From positions 65,408-129,407 of the forward strand of contig PXUB01000032.1 of the NCBI GenBank assembly GCA_003009755.1: a stretch of DNA of 64,000 bases. Reading direction: 5' to 3'. This document shows, in pieces, positions 41,193 to 51,455 of this stretch. The stretch's first letter is position 1, and every line of letters begins with the position of its first letter. Source of the DNA: Thermoplasmatales archaeon SW_10_69_26. Its GTDB lineage: Archaea; Thermoplasmatota; SW-10-69-26. The notes under the pieces were generated by a model. It was not told where the DNA came from. It saw only the letters and a program-made list of their open reading frames with translations, and made no database searches. Position numbers and translations under genes: made by a program.

Positions 41193-41562
41193 ACTGCCGG
41201 CTGTGCTTGGGTTAAGCTCTCGCTCGGCCTCAGGCGGTGAAAGCGCGGAGCCGAGACGAAGGAGTAGCCGGAGGCTACTTCGATGTCGGAGACCGTGGGA
41301 CCGGAAATGTTCTGGTGCGCCGGTCTGAGGCGGGCAATCTCGTTGTCGCCCCCTGAGATCTCGCCCGTCCGAGCGATCTCAGGCACGCCCGGATCTCTGA
41401 TCCGGGCAGTGTCCGTCGAAAACCCACAGGGGGTTTCCTTCCTCGGGCTCCGCGACCTTGCCTCGCTCCCTCGCACGAGCCCTCCGGGCTCGTACTCTCG
41501 GCAGACCGTGCCCGGTCTCCCGAGACCGGCGCGAGAGCTTAAGCAAAACACGTCCGGCAGTT
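41192..41562. mobile_element. MITE (371 bp) of the same IS630-derived family as 17834-18258, in inverted orientation, flanked by TA
   Basis: Left end TA-GACTGCCGGCTGTGCTTGGGTTAAGCTCTCGC... is the reverse complement of the right end of the first MITE; the right end ...CGTCCGGCAGTT-TA is degenerate; no ORF. Confidence 0.7.
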
Positions 41563-42137
41563 TAGTCCTTCTTGTACGGCGGCTCGGTCATCGCTTCCTC
41601 GGTCCCGTTGGCAGCATCCGAGCTGGTGATCTCCTTCAGCCTGCGGATGCCGTCGACCTCGCCGACGATGCGAGCCACGGGATCAGGTACCAGATCCTTC
41701 CAAGTCTGCCTGTCCTGATGCATGAGCTGGCGGATTTGGGTCGCCTCGTAGCGCTCGCGGTCGACGAGATCGAACTCCCGGACCTCGTAGCCGGCCTCGT
41801 GGAACAACCGCTTCGGCAGCGGGTTGTTCATGTAGCAGACGTCGAAGGGCGGGCAGAACGTCTCGACGTGGCTCACCCACAGCGAGTTGCGGTGGATGTC
41901 CGGCACCGGGATGATCGTCGCGTGGATGTCTCGCTCGACGAGGCTCTCGTCCAGCATCCACACCCGCTCGCCGGCCGTGAACGGATTCTCCTTCGTGTGC
42001 GAGTACTGGCTGGAGCCGACCACGATCACCAGGCGGTCCACGTCGGCCACGATCTCCTCGATCACGGAGAGGTGGCCAAGGTGGGGCGGCTGGAACCGAC
42101 CCAGGAACATGCCACGCGTGGGCATCAAGCCGGTCAA
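41562..42137 (-). CDS. nadM: Nicotinamide-nucleotide adenylyltransferase (archaeal NadM)
   Basis: MTGLMPTRGMFLGRFQPPHLGHLSVIEEI... carries the (H/T)xGH nucleotidyltransferase motif and the NadM family pattern; stop codon overlaps the MITE TA flank. Confidence 0.85.
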   Translation of the reverse strand: MTGLMPTRGMFLGRFQPPHLGHLSVIEEIVADVDRLVIVVGSSQYSHTKENPFTAGERVWMLDESLVERDIHATIIPVPDIHRNSLWVSHVETFCPPFDVCYMNNPLPKRLFHEAGYEVREFDLVDRERYEATQIRQLMHQDRQTWKDLVPDPVARIVGEVDGIRRLKEITSSDAANGTEEAMTEPPYKKD

Positions 42138-42255
42138 CGCCCGGGGTCTTTAAGATGATGCGGTCGAGGGTGCCAGCGCCGGCCAACCGCCAGCCAGCGC
42201 TGGGGGAGAACGGATGCCGGCCCCCCTCGCGGAGGCCGGAGACCTCGGGACGGGA

Positions 42256-44298
42256 TCAGGCGCCGGCTGGGGTGCCTTGGCCGAGGCTCTCGCCGCTTTC
42301 GCCGGTGGACTTGGTGATCGCCTTCGCCAGCCGGGCGAGCAGCGAATCCTTCTCGTCGCCGACGAGGGCGTGCTCGAGCACCTCGTCGAGCGTCTCGACG
42401 GGCACGACCTCGATCTCGTCGGCGTACTTGTCCTCGAGCAGGACGTCGTCCTCGTTGGCCTTCGGGATGATCGCCTTGCGGATGCCCGCCTCGGCAGCGG
42501 ACTCGATCTTGGGCGTGACACCGCCGACGGGCAGCACCTCGCCGCGCACCGACAGGGACCCGGTCATGGCGACCGACTGGTCGATCCCCAGCTCCTCGAG
42601 CGCGCTGATCACGGCGGCTGCGACGCTGATCGACGCCGAGTCGCCCTCCACGCCCTCGTAGGTGCCGATGAACTGGATGTGCACGTCGAGCGTGCTCATG
42701 TCCACGCCGGTGTACTTCTTCACGAGCGCGGACACGTTCTGCACGGCCTCCTCGGCGATCTCGCCGAGCTTCCCGGTCGCGATGACGCGACCCTCGGACT
42801 TGCTCTGCGCCGGCGTGACCTCGGCCACGATCGGCAACATCAGTCCGCTGGGTTCGCCGACGTCGTCGCCGCCCATGACGGCGAGGCCGTTCACGCGACC
42901 GATGGCCTCACCCTGCCGCTCGAAGGAGCGGTACTCCTGGCGGCGGTTGATCACGTTGTCGGCGATCTGCTGCTCGAGCGAGCGAGCCACGCGCTTGGCG
43001 CGGACCACGTGCTCGGCGGTGACGATCGGGGCCTTCTCCTCGATCGCGACGTCGCCGGCGACGCGGACGAGGCCACCGAGCTCGCGCAGGCGCAGCGTCA
43101 GGCGTCCCCGACGGCCGGAGCGGCGTTGGCCCTCGCGGAGGACCTCGGCGATCGCCGACCGGTCGAAGTGCGGGATCTTGCCGTCCTTGGCGACCTCCTG
43201 CGCGATGAAGCGGACGATCTTGCGCCGGTTCTCGTCCGTGTCCGGCATGTCCTCGTTCATGTACACCTCGTACCCGTACCCGCGGATGCGGGAGCGGAGG
43301 GCCGGGTGCATGCCTTGGTCGAGCGGGTTGCCCTGTTGGCCCTTGATGGCGTCGAGGTTCCCGCTGGCCACGAGCACGAAGTCGCAGGGCACGGGCTCGG
43401 TCTTCACCATCGCGCCGCTGGAGCGCTCGCTTTGCCCCATGATGGGGTACTCCTTCTCCTGGAGGGCCGTCAGCAGCTGCTGCTGGCTCTCCTGACGCAG
43501 CGTGTTGATCTCGTCGATGAACAACACGCCCTTGTGCGCCTTGTGGATCGCGCCGGCCTCGACCCGCTCGTGGGCGGGCGTCTCGAGACCACCGGACTGG
43601 AACGGGTCGTGGCGCACGTCGCCCAGCAGCGCGCCGGCGTGGGCACCGGTCGCGTCCTCGAACGGCGGCTGAGTGCGCTCGTCGTTGGCGACGAGCAGCT
43701 TGGGCACCAGAGCGGTCTCGCGGTTGCCCATCTGCCGCATCACCATGAACAAGATCGCGGCCGCGATCACGCCGACGAGCAGCACGGTCACGTCACGCGT
43801 CTGCAGGAAGTACAGGAACGCGAACGCGCCGATGGCCAGCATGATGAACAGCTGCAGCGTGGCCTTGCGCTCTTGGCGCTTCTCGGCCTCGGCCTTCTGG
43901 GCGTTGACGATCTCGCGCCCCTTGCCGGAGGGGACGACCCGGATGCGGGGAGTGTGCTCGTCGTCCTGGTTGGGGTAGACGATGATGTCCTCGAGTTCCT
44001 CCGGGGGGAGGAGGTTGGACATCGCTTGCGCGAGCATCGACTTCCCCGTGCCGGGCGGGCCGATCATCATCGCGTGGCGGCGCTGCTCGGCCGCCTTCTT
44101 GATGACCTCGACCGCCAGATCCTGGCCGATGACCTGGTCGACCAAGCGATCGGGGATATCCACGTCGTTCGTGGATTCGATCGGCTGACCCCGGACCCAG
44201 TCAGCGACGGGGATCTCGAGGATCGGTTCCTCCTCCTCGTCGTCCGCGTCGGGGGGAGGGGGCGATTCGTCGTCGATCGGTGAAGTCGTCGGGGACAT
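42256..44298 (-). CDS. lonB: Archaeal membrane-bound Lon protease (LonB)
   Basis: AAA+ Walker A MMIGPPGTGKSMLAQAM, Walker B VLFIDEINTL, two TM helices inserted in the ATPase domain (LFIMLAIGAFAFLYF.., LLVGVIAAAILFMVM), C-terminal S16 proteolytic domain (MTGSLSVRGEVLPVGGV). Start at ATG 44298. Confidence 0.9.
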   Translation of the reverse strand: MSPTTSPIDDESPPPPDADDEEEEPILEIPVADWVRGQPIESTNDVDIPDRLVDQVIGQDLAVEVIKKAAEQRRHAMMIGPPGTGKSMLAQAMSNLLPPEELEDIIVYPNQDDEHTPRIRVVPSGKGREIVNAQKAEAEKRQERKATLQLFIMLAIGAFAFLYFLQTRDVTVLLVGVIAAAILFMVMRQMGNRETALVPKLLVANDERTQPPFEDATGAHAGALLGDVRHDPFQSGGLETPAHERVEAGAIHKAHKGVLFIDEINTLRQESQQQLLTALQEKEYPIMGQSERSSGAMVKTEPVPCDFVLVASGNLDAIKGQQGNPLDQGMHPALRSRIRGYGYEVYMNEDMPDTDENRRKIVRFIAQEVAKDGKIPHFDRSAIAEVLREGQRRSGRRGRLTLRLRELGGLVRVAGDVAIEEKAPIVTAEHVVRAKRVARSLEQQIADNVINRRQEYRSFERQGEAIGRVNGLAVMGGDDVGEPSGLMLPIVAEVTPAQSKSEGRVIATGKLGEIAEEAVQNVSALVKKYTGVDMSTLDVHIQFIGTYEGVEGDSASISVAAAVISALEELGIDQSVAMTGSLSVRGEVLPVGGVTPKIESAAEAGIRKAIIPKANEDDVLLEDKYADEIEVVPVETLDEVLEHALVGDEKDSLLARLAKAITKSTGESGESLGQGTPAGA

Positions 44299-44482
44299 CG
44301 AGAGCCTCGATCGGGCAAGCACCCACCCGCCCGTTCGACCCAAGCTTGCGTTCCCTCGGGTATCAACGTTTGGGTGAGCGCGCACCAGCGCGTAGGGCGG
44401 AACCCCTTAAAAGCCTTCCACGAAGCCTCCCACGGGAGCCAGCTCCCGATAGCCCCTCCGGTGTGCGCGAGCGTCCCACCCC

Positions 44483-45385
44483 ATGGACGAGTTTAAGCCA
44501 CCGACGTCCCTGGACGGGTTGATGATCGTCGCGACGGCCCCGCAGCGCAGCGCGATGGGCGAGAGCCTCGCCCGCGAGCTGGGCGTCCGCTACGTCGAAC
44601 TCACCGCCGAGCGGTTCCCCGACGGCGAGTACCATGCTCGCGTGCCTGAACGGATCGACGGGACCGCGGTCCTCGTCGGCGATCTCCGTCCCGACGAACG
44701 CATCCTCGAGACCGTGGTCGGCGCCGACGCCCTGCGGGAGGCCGGAGCCGACGAGATCGTCCTGGCCGCTCCCTACCTCGCCTACGGCCGCCAGGACCGA
44801 GCCTTCGAGCCCGGGGAGGGCGTCAGCGCTCGCGCGCTCTTGCGGGCTCTGTCGGCCAACGCCGACGCTTTCGCGACGGTCGACCCCCACACCGACGGCG
44901 TGCTCGACCACTTCGACGGAGCCACGAGCGCGGCTACGGCCGCCCAAGAGATCGCCACGCACCTGGCCGACGAGGGCGTCGACCTCGTGCTCGCTCCCGA
45001 CGCCGGGGCCCGCGACCGGGCCGAGCAGGTCGCCGACCACCTCGGCTGCCCGTTCGATCACCTCGAGAAGCACCGCAAGTCCGCGCACGAGGTCGAGATC
45101 GAACCCCACGATGCCGACGTGACGGGGCAGACCGTGCTCGTCGTCGACGACATCGTGGCCACGGGCGGGACCATGTCCACCGCGACCCGGCAACTGCTGG
45201 ACGCCGGGGCCGGCCGCGTCCTGTTGGCGGCCACGCACGGCGTGTTCGCCGACGGCGCTCTCAAGCGGTTGGACGACGCCGGGGCCGAGACGATCCTCGC
45301 GACGGACGCGATCCCGTCGTCGGCGTCGGCGATCAGTCTAGCGCCCGCGCTCGCCCGAGCCGCGCGGCGAGCCCGATCAGGCTGA
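44483..45385 (+). CDS. prs: Ribose-phosphate pyrophosphokinase
   Basis: ...RFPDGEYHARV..., PRPP-binding loop LVVDDIVATGGTMS; alternative start at 44522. Confidence 0.85.
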   Translation: MDEFKPPTSLDGLMIVATAPQRSAMGESLARELGVRYVELTAERFPDGEYHARVPERIDGTAVLVGDLRPDERILETVVGADALREAGADEIVLAAPYLAYGRQDRAFEPGEGVSARALLRALSANADAFATVDPHTDGVLDHFDGATSAATAAQEIATHLADEGVDLVLAPDAGARDRAEQVADHLGCPFDHLEKHRKSAHEVEIEPHDADVTGQTVLVVDDIVATGGTMSTATRQLLDAGAGRVLLAATHGVFADGALKRLDDAGAETILATDAIPSSASAISLAPALARAARRARSG

Positions 45386-47273
45386 TCACGGCGGCCAGCC
45401 CCGGCAGCGGAGCCTCGCTGGGCACAGGCTCGCTCACGGTGAACGTCTCCTGCCCCAGCTCGCCCTGGGGGCCGAGGACGCGGACCTCGTGCGGGCCGGC
45501 GGTCAACGGGCCCGTCGTGGCGGACACCGTGCGCACCTGGCCGGCGGCGATGTCGACGTCGCGTTCGACGATCGCTTGCCCGTCCAGCTCCACGGTCACC
45601 GGGGCACGGTAGGGGGCCTGGCCGGCGTTCGCGATGCGGGCACCCACGGTCACGTTGTCCTCGGTCACCGGGTCGGGCGGCCACAGCGTCACGTTCACGC
45701 TCGGATCCGCGGGCGAGAGGACCTCGATCGTGCGCGAGGCGCCCTGGATCGCCAGCTCGTAGCTGCCGCGGTCCAGCGCCTCCACCTGCGCCGACGCTCG
45801 GGCCGAGGCGCCGGCGTCCAGCGTCGCCGTCAGCCGGCCGCGCCGGGTGCCGTCGACCTCGACGGGCACCTCGATGCTCGTCTGCTGGGTGTCGAGGTTC
45901 GTGACCTGCACCTCGAGCTCGAAGGGCTCCCCGGCCACCGGCGGCGAGGGGTCCAACCCGAGGATCCGGATCGCCACCTCGCCCGGGAACACCGATCCCA
46001 GCTGGGGCACGTCGGAGTCGTAGACGTAGTTGTGGAAGAACGGGGCGGCGTCGTGGCCGGTGACCTCGGCGATGACGTCGACGACCTGGTTCGTCTGGAT
46101 GCGGAACCCGTCGTCGGCCGCGCCGCGCCGGTTCAGCTCCCTGAGGATGTCGGACAACGTGTACTGGTTGCCCGTATCCTGCCGGATCCGGTCGTCGAGC
46201 GCCGTGGTCACGACGGCGCCCTTCGTGTAGGCGGCCTGCTCGTTGCCGCTCCCGTACACGGCCGAGGTCAACGCAACCGCGTGCTCCTCCTCGGCGCGCT
46301 CCTGGCGCTGCTGGAGGAAGTCCCGCGCCTCCTGACGCGTCTTCACGTCGGCGGCGACCTCGAGCAAGACGCCGTGGGCGACCGCCGTGCCCTCGGCCAC
46401 CCAGATCGTGGCCTCGCCGGGGTCGCGCGAGAACCGGAAGCCCTGGTAGGCGTGCACCATCTCGTGGGCGACGACGTTGGCGTCGGCGTCGTCGTGCAAG
46501 AACACGCCGGCCGGGCTACCGAGCCCGCCGCGGAACATCGGCGAGGGTGCGACGACGATGAACCGCTCGTGCGCGGTCTCGCCGTAGATGCCGCCGAGGA
46601 ACGAGCGCGCCTCGAGCAGGATGCGCTCGGTCGTGTCGTCCTCCTGGGCCCCGGCGACGCGCACGATGCGGTAGCCGTCCTCGCCGCTGCCCAGCGTGCC
46701 CTCCTCGAGCCCGGGCCCGCCGGCCAGGAACCCGCGCGGCAGCGGCCGGTCGAGCTGGAAGCTGGTGCCTGAGGTCGGCCAGGGGCCCTTGAACGTCCAG
46801 CTGTCGGGGCCCTCGACCGTGAGCTCGCTGTCGAAGGTGGGCGCATCGCCGCGGTAGCTGTACCGGATGCCGGGCACCATGTCGCCGGCCTTGACGACGG
46901 TGAACTCCTCGTCGAGGTACGTCGTGTGGCCTTCCCCCTCGAGCGTTTGCGCGCGGATGCGGGCGTCGCTCGTCCACGTGGCACTGGCCTGCGGCGTCTC
47001 CTCGAGGTCGGCGACGTACACCCCATCCTCCTTGCGCCACTCGCCGTCGAGCTGCGGGCTGCCCTCCAGCGTGGACAGCTCGCCCAGCCGGAGCTGAACC
47101 GTCGTCAACGGGCCCGGATCTTGGACCTCGAAGACCACGTCCACCGTCCCGTCGGCTGGAGCCAGCTGGAAGGTGAGATCCAGTTCCACCGCCGAGGACG
47201 TCTGCGCGGCGCTCGGCGCGGCCAGACCCACGGCCACGGCGAGCAGGACCACGATCAGCGTACGGGTCCGCAC
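45333..47273 (-). CDS. Secreted HExxH zinc metallopeptidase with PGF-CTERM-like anchor
   Basis: Signal peptide MRTRTLIVVLLAVAVGLAAPSAAQ; HEMVHAYQ zinc motif; C-terminal Ig-like region and ...APLPGLAAVISLIGLAARLGRARALD. Confidence 0.7.
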   Translation of the reverse strand: MRTRTLIVVLLAVAVGLAAPSAAQTSSAVELDLTFQLAPADGTVDVVFEVQDPGPLTTVQLRLGELSTLEGSPQLDGEWRKEDGVYVADLEETPQASATWTSDARIRAQTLEGEGHTTYLDEEFTVVKAGDMVPGIRYSYRGDAPTFDSELTVEGPDSWTFKGPWPTSGTSFQLDRPLPRGFLAGGPGLEEGTLGSGEDGYRIVRVAGAQEDDTTERILLEARSFLGGIYGETAHERFIVVAPSPMFRGGLGSPAGVFLHDDADANVVAHEMVHAYQGFRFSRDPGEATIWVAEGTAVAHGVLLEVAADVKTRQEARDFLQQRQERAEEEHAVALTSAVYGSGNEQAAYTKGAVVTTALDDRIRQDTGNQYTLSDILRELNRRGAADDGFRIQTNQVVDVIAEVTGHDAAPFFHNYVYDSDVPQLGSVFPGEVAIRILGLDPSPPVAGEPFELEVQVTNLDTQQTSIEVPVEVDGTRRGRLTATLDAGASARASAQVEALDRGSYELAIQGASRTIEVLSPADPSVNVTLWPPDPVTEDNVTVGARIANAGQAPYRAPVTVELDGQAIVERDVDIAAGQVRTVSATTGPLTAGPHEVRVLGPQGELGQETFTVSEPVPSEAPLPGLAAVISLIGLAARLGRARALD

Positions 47274-47447
47274 AACTCCAAGCAGACGGCCAGCTGTGAA
47301 AAGGCTTGTGAAGGCGCCATCCGTCCGGCTTGGCCCTCACGGCGCGGGCATGGGGCGGCTCGGCAAGCCCACAATGGCCTAATAGGAGGAGTATCATCGC
47401 CGGCCGCCCCCGATTCTCAGGAAGGGGTGCTTAGGTGACACTGCGAA

Positions 47448-50400
47448 ATGGACACGGCGCGGAAACGGGTCCTCACGATCTCGCTCCTCGTCTTGACGGT
47501 GATGTCAGGGTTCGCCCTGCGCACGGTCATGAACGTGGATCAGGCTCAGACCGAGGACGGGGAGTTCCTCCTCTCAGGGAACGATCCGTACTATCACAAG
47601 CACGCCGTGGACCATATCGTGGAGAACGGGGAGACGCTGGAAAACGACGCGATGCTGAACTACCCCGCCGGGTCCGTCAACCCGAACCCGCCGTTATACG
47701 AGTGGAGCATCGCGGTCGGATCCGACCTGGCGGAACCGTTCACCGGGTCGACCGAAGAGGCCACCTGGTGGTCGGCGCTCGTCTCGCCCGCGATCTGGGG
47801 CACCCTCACCATCGTTCCCGTCTTCCTGATCGCCCGCATGTTCGCCGGGAACTGGGGCGGCCTGCTGGCGGCGTTCCTCATGGCGACCGCCCCCGAGCAC
47901 ATGAGCCGCTCGAGCTTGGGCTTCGCCGACCACGACGCGATCGTGTTGTTCTTCGTCGTCACAGGGTTCTACTTCCTGCTCAAAGCGATCGAAGCGACGG
48001 GGAAACCGACGGACAGAGCGCAATTATCCGAGCTCGGCGGCGCCTACAAGGACTGGTGGATGAACGAGCGGTACGCAGCCGGTAGCACGCTGGCTGCCGG
48101 AGCCTCGTTCGGCGCCATCGGTCTCTCGTGGAAGGGCTTCCCCTACGTCTTCGGCATCGTGCTCGCCTACGCCGGCCTCCAGTACCTGATCAACCATTAC
48201 CAGGACCGCGACATCGCGCGTCCGTTCTTCATCACCGGCACCGCGTTGCTCGTGGCGGCGCTGATGTCGATGCCGTACTACCTCTCCTTCGACCTGGTGC
48301 ACTTCTGGCAGCCATCGATCTTCCTGGTGGCTGCGCTCGTGGCGTTGAGCTTGTACTTCATCGCCGTGCAGCGCTATCCGAGCGTGCTCGTGTTGCCAGG
48401 GTTGCTCGTCATCCTCGGCATCTTCGCCGCCGTCATGTTCATCGTGTTCCCGAGCCTCAGCCGCGCCCTCCTGGGTCGGCTGATCTACTTCCGCGGGAAC
48501 GTGCTCTACGAGACGATCGCCGAGGCCCGCCCAGCGGGGCTGTCGAACCTCTCCTTCGCCGTCGGCCCGATCCCGTTCTTCATGTACGTGGGCGGGATCG
48601 TGGCGCTGATCTGGCAGACGTGGCAGGAGCAAAAGCCCGCGATCATGTTCTTCCTCACGTGGGCGGCCGTCGACCTCGTGTTGGGCATCTCCGCCATCCG
48701 CTTCCTGTCGCTGATCGTCCCCTCGATCGCGATCCTGGCCGCCGTGGCCACCATCTGGCTGCTCGACATGGTGGATCTGCCGAGCTTGACGCAAGCCTAC
48801 GACCGCACGGGCGGGCGCATCTTCCGGTCGTTCAACCCGCTGTACGGCGTCGTCGGCGCGGTCATCGCGATCATCTCCGTCGGGCTCGTCATCGCCGGCG
48901 GACTGGCCTTCTCCATCCTGGCCGGCGTGCTGGTGTACGGGTTCGTCCACTTCCTGATCAACGACTCGCTCGGCCTCGAGGCGGGGCAGAACGCGATCTA
49001 CATCGCGATCGTGCTCTTCCTCGGCCTCCTCGTGATCGGACCCAACGCCGCGCTCGGCATGGACGCGGCCGTCCCGGCCGGCCTGGAGAACGAGCGCGTG
49101 CAGAACGCTCGCGCCCAAGCGCTGGAGGACGTCACCCAGGAGGCGCGCGAGCTCGACGCCTCCGAGGAGAACGTGCAAGAGTTCCAGTCCATCGTCAACG
49201 AGAGCCAGAGCAAGGACGACTTCCGCTCCCGGCTGCAGGATGCCCAGATTCGGTTGGGCCTCAGCGACGAGACCGTGGACCGCATCTACGAAGCCGGCGC
49301 CGACGAGATGGGCACCGTGTCCTTCTACCGCATGCGCATGGGCGCCTTCGGTCAAAGCTTCATGCCCAGCGGTTGGCACGATGCCCTGACCTGGCTCTCC
49401 GAGCAAGACCGAGACAAGCCGCCGGCCGAGCGGCCGGCCCAGATCGCCTGGTGGGACTACGGCCACTGGACGATCTCCGAGGGCAAGCACCCGGCCGTGG
49501 CCGACAACTTCCAGAACGGGTACAAGGAGTCCGGTCGCTGGTTGGTCGCTCAAAACGAGACCCGTTCCATCCAGATGATGGGCGCCCGCCAGATCGGCTA
49601 CTTCGCCAACGAGCTCTCGATCGACCGATACGAGGAGACGCTCACGGACATGGGCATCTCCGAGGACCGGGCCCAGAGCCTGAGGGAGGGCTTCCAGACC
49701 AAGGACTACCCATTCATCGAGTTCTCCACCGATCCGCAGGAGAACAAGCAGATGAGCATCGAGTGGGTCGACAACCTGGAGGAGATCTCGGGCAAGCAGA
49801 TCCGCTACGGGGCCGTCGACAACCGGATGCTCCCGATCGACGATCCGAACACGCCGCGCATCGAGCGGCCGTCGATCTTCTACGCCCCGGTCACCCTCGC
49901 CGAGGAGGACCCCGACGACTTCGTGGAGACGCAGACCGTCGACATGGACTCGGGTGAGGAGCTGACCGAGGAGGAGATCCGCCAGCTCCGCCAACAGAGT
50001 CAGGACCAGCAGCCGAACATCGGTCGCCAGCTCAAGTACAAGGAGCCGTTCTTCGAGTCTATGTACTACCGGGCCTTCATGGGCCTGCCCGTCAAGGAGC
50101 CCCAGCAGTTCCGCGGGCAGTCGATCCCGCAGCCGTTCAGCCTGCAGGGCTTCGAGGAGTTCTACCGCAAGGGCGAGCCGATGCTGATGGGCAGCGGACC
50201 CCTCACGGGTACCGCGCTCCTGCGGCAACCCGCTGCGCCCGGCTTCGGGCTCGACCATCACCGCCTGGTGCAGGCCAACGAGGAGGTCCGCATCCTCCGC
50301 TACTTCCCCGGCGCTCAGGTCGACGGCACCGTGACCGTCGCCGGCGAACCCGCCGAGGGGCTGCGCGTCACCGCGTTCGACGACGCTGGCGACCTCGTGC

Positions 50401-51314
50401 TGAACGCCAGCCGCGGCGACCGAAGCGAGGCCAACGCCAGCGACTTCGACGTCCCGCACGACAGCGCCGCCACCGGCGCCGACGGGAGCTACGATATCGT
50501 CGCCCCGTTCAGCACCACCGATCGCGGCGTCGAGATCCGGGTGACCCAGAACGAGGGCACCGGCGCGCCGGCCGGCCTGTTCGGCGGTGGCCAGCAGTCC
50601 ACGTTCACGATCGCCAACGAGACGCTGGACATCTCCATCGAGGAGGCTGAAGAACGAGCCGAGTTCTCGGTCGACTTCGACATCCAGCCGGCGACCGTGT
50701 CGGGCATCGCCTACCACGACGCCAACGGCGACGGCGCTGTGAACGACACCGAGGAACGCATCAGCAACGCCACGATCACGATCTCGGGCGAGACGGCCGA
50801 GACCGATTCCGAGGGTCGCTACGAGGTCACGAACGTGACCCCCGGCACCCGCTCGGTCTCCGCCGAAGCCGAGGGCTACCAGGTCCGCGGCGCACCGCAG
50901 CTGGAGCTGCGCAGCGGCGACCAGGTCCCCCGCAACGTCAGCTTCCAGTACGAGCCCGTGCCGGTGAACGCGACCGTGCAGGACGAGCGCGGCTCCGGTG
51001 TCCCGAACGTGCGGACCCAGTTCACGGCCGTCGAGGACAGCCAGACCGCCGAGGACACCTCGGCGATCAGCCGGCGCAACGGCTCGCTGGCGGCTCAGGG
51101 TCCCCAGGGCCGACCGACGGACCTGACGCTGCAACCCGGCGAGTACGAGATCTCCGGCAACGGCACGGACCCGCGCACCGAGGAGACCTACGAGATCACC
51201 GGGTTCGCGGTGACCGGCGGCTCCGGTGTCGAGAAGACCGAGGACGACACCCTCGTGATCGACCGCCAGGCCAGCGACGTCGAGCTGACGATCCGCGTCC
51301 AGGCTCAGGGGTAA
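47448..51314 (+). CDS. aglB: Archaeal oligosaccharyltransferase AglB (STT3 homologue), long form
   Basis: 13-TM N-terminal domain, WWDYGHW catalytic motif at the expected position, long C-terminal beta-rich extension with carboxypeptidase-regulatory-like repeats. Confidence 0.9.
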   Translation: MDTARKRVLTISLLVLTVMSGFALRTVMNVDQAQTEDGEFLLSGNDPYYHKHAVDHIVENGETLENDAMLNYPAGSVNPNPPLYEWSIAVGSDLAEPFTGSTEEATWWSALVSPAIWGTLTIVPVFLIARMFAGNWGGLLAAFLMATAPEHMSRSSLGFADHDAIVLFFVVTGFYFLLKAIEATGKPTDRAQLSELGGAYKDWWMNERYAAGSTLAAGASFGAIGLSWKGFPYVFGIVLAYAGLQYLINHYQDRDIARPFFITGTALLVAALMSMPYYLSFDLVHFWQPSIFLVAALVALSLYFIAVQRYPSVLVLPGLLVILGIFAAVMFIVFPSLSRALLGRLIYFRGNVLYETIAEARPAGLSNLSFAVGPIPFFMYVGGIVALIWQTWQEQKPAIMFFLTWAAVDLVLGISAIRFLSLIVPSIAILAAVATIWLLDMVDLPSLTQAYDRTGGRIFRSFNPLYGVVGAVIAIISVGLVIAGGLAFSILAGVLVYGFVHFLINDSLGLEAGQNAIYIAIVLFLGLLVIGPNAALGMDAAVPAGLENERVQNARAQALEDVTQEARELDASEENVQEFQSIVNESQSKDDFRSRLQDAQIRLGLSDETVDRIYEAGADEMGTVSFYRMRMGAFGQSFMPSGWHDALTWLSEQDRDKPPAERPAQIAWWDYGHWTISEGKHPAVADNFQNGYKESGRWLVAQNETRSIQMMGARQIGYFANELSIDRYEETLTDMGISEDRAQSLREGFQTKDYPFIEFSTDPQENKQMSIEWVDNLEEISGKQIRYGAVDNRMLPIDDPNTPRIERPSIFYAPVTLAEEDPDDFVETQTVDMDSGEELTEEEIRQLRQQSQDQQPNIGRQLKYKEPFFESMYYRAFMGLPVKEPQQFRGQSIPQPFSLQGFEEFYRKGEPMLMGSGPLTGTALLRQPAAPGFGLDHHRLVQANEEVRILRYFPGAQVDGTVTVAGEPAEGLRVTAFDDAGDLVLNASRGDRSEANASDFDVPHDSAATGADGSYDIVAPFSTTDRGVEIRVTQNEGTGAPAGLFGGGQQSTFTIANETLDISIEEAEERAEFSVDFDIQPATVSGIAYHDANGDGAVNDTEERISNATITISGETAETDSEGRYEVTNVTPGTRSVSAEAEGYQVRGAPQLELRSGDQVPRNVSFQYEPVPVNATVQDERGSGVPNVRTQFTAVEDSQTAEDTSAISRRNGSLAAQGPQGRPTDLTLQPGEYEISGNGTDPRTEETYEITGFAVTGGSGVEKTEDDTLVIDRQASDVELTIRVQAQG

Positions 51315-51455
51315 CCCGACACTCCCGGGCCTGGCGGGCCCGACGGCGATCGCGCGTCGATGCGGTCCCTCGGGCCTGCGGCTTGCTTTCGCGAGCCCGG
51401 TCCTTGCCTGCTCGGCCAGCGACCGGTCGGCCCCTGCTTGCCCGTTCGGGGTCCG

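Noticed and set aside
48024-51134. 1036-aa minus-strand ORF
   Set aside because: Antisense to aglB, which has the diagnostic WWDYG motif and TM topology
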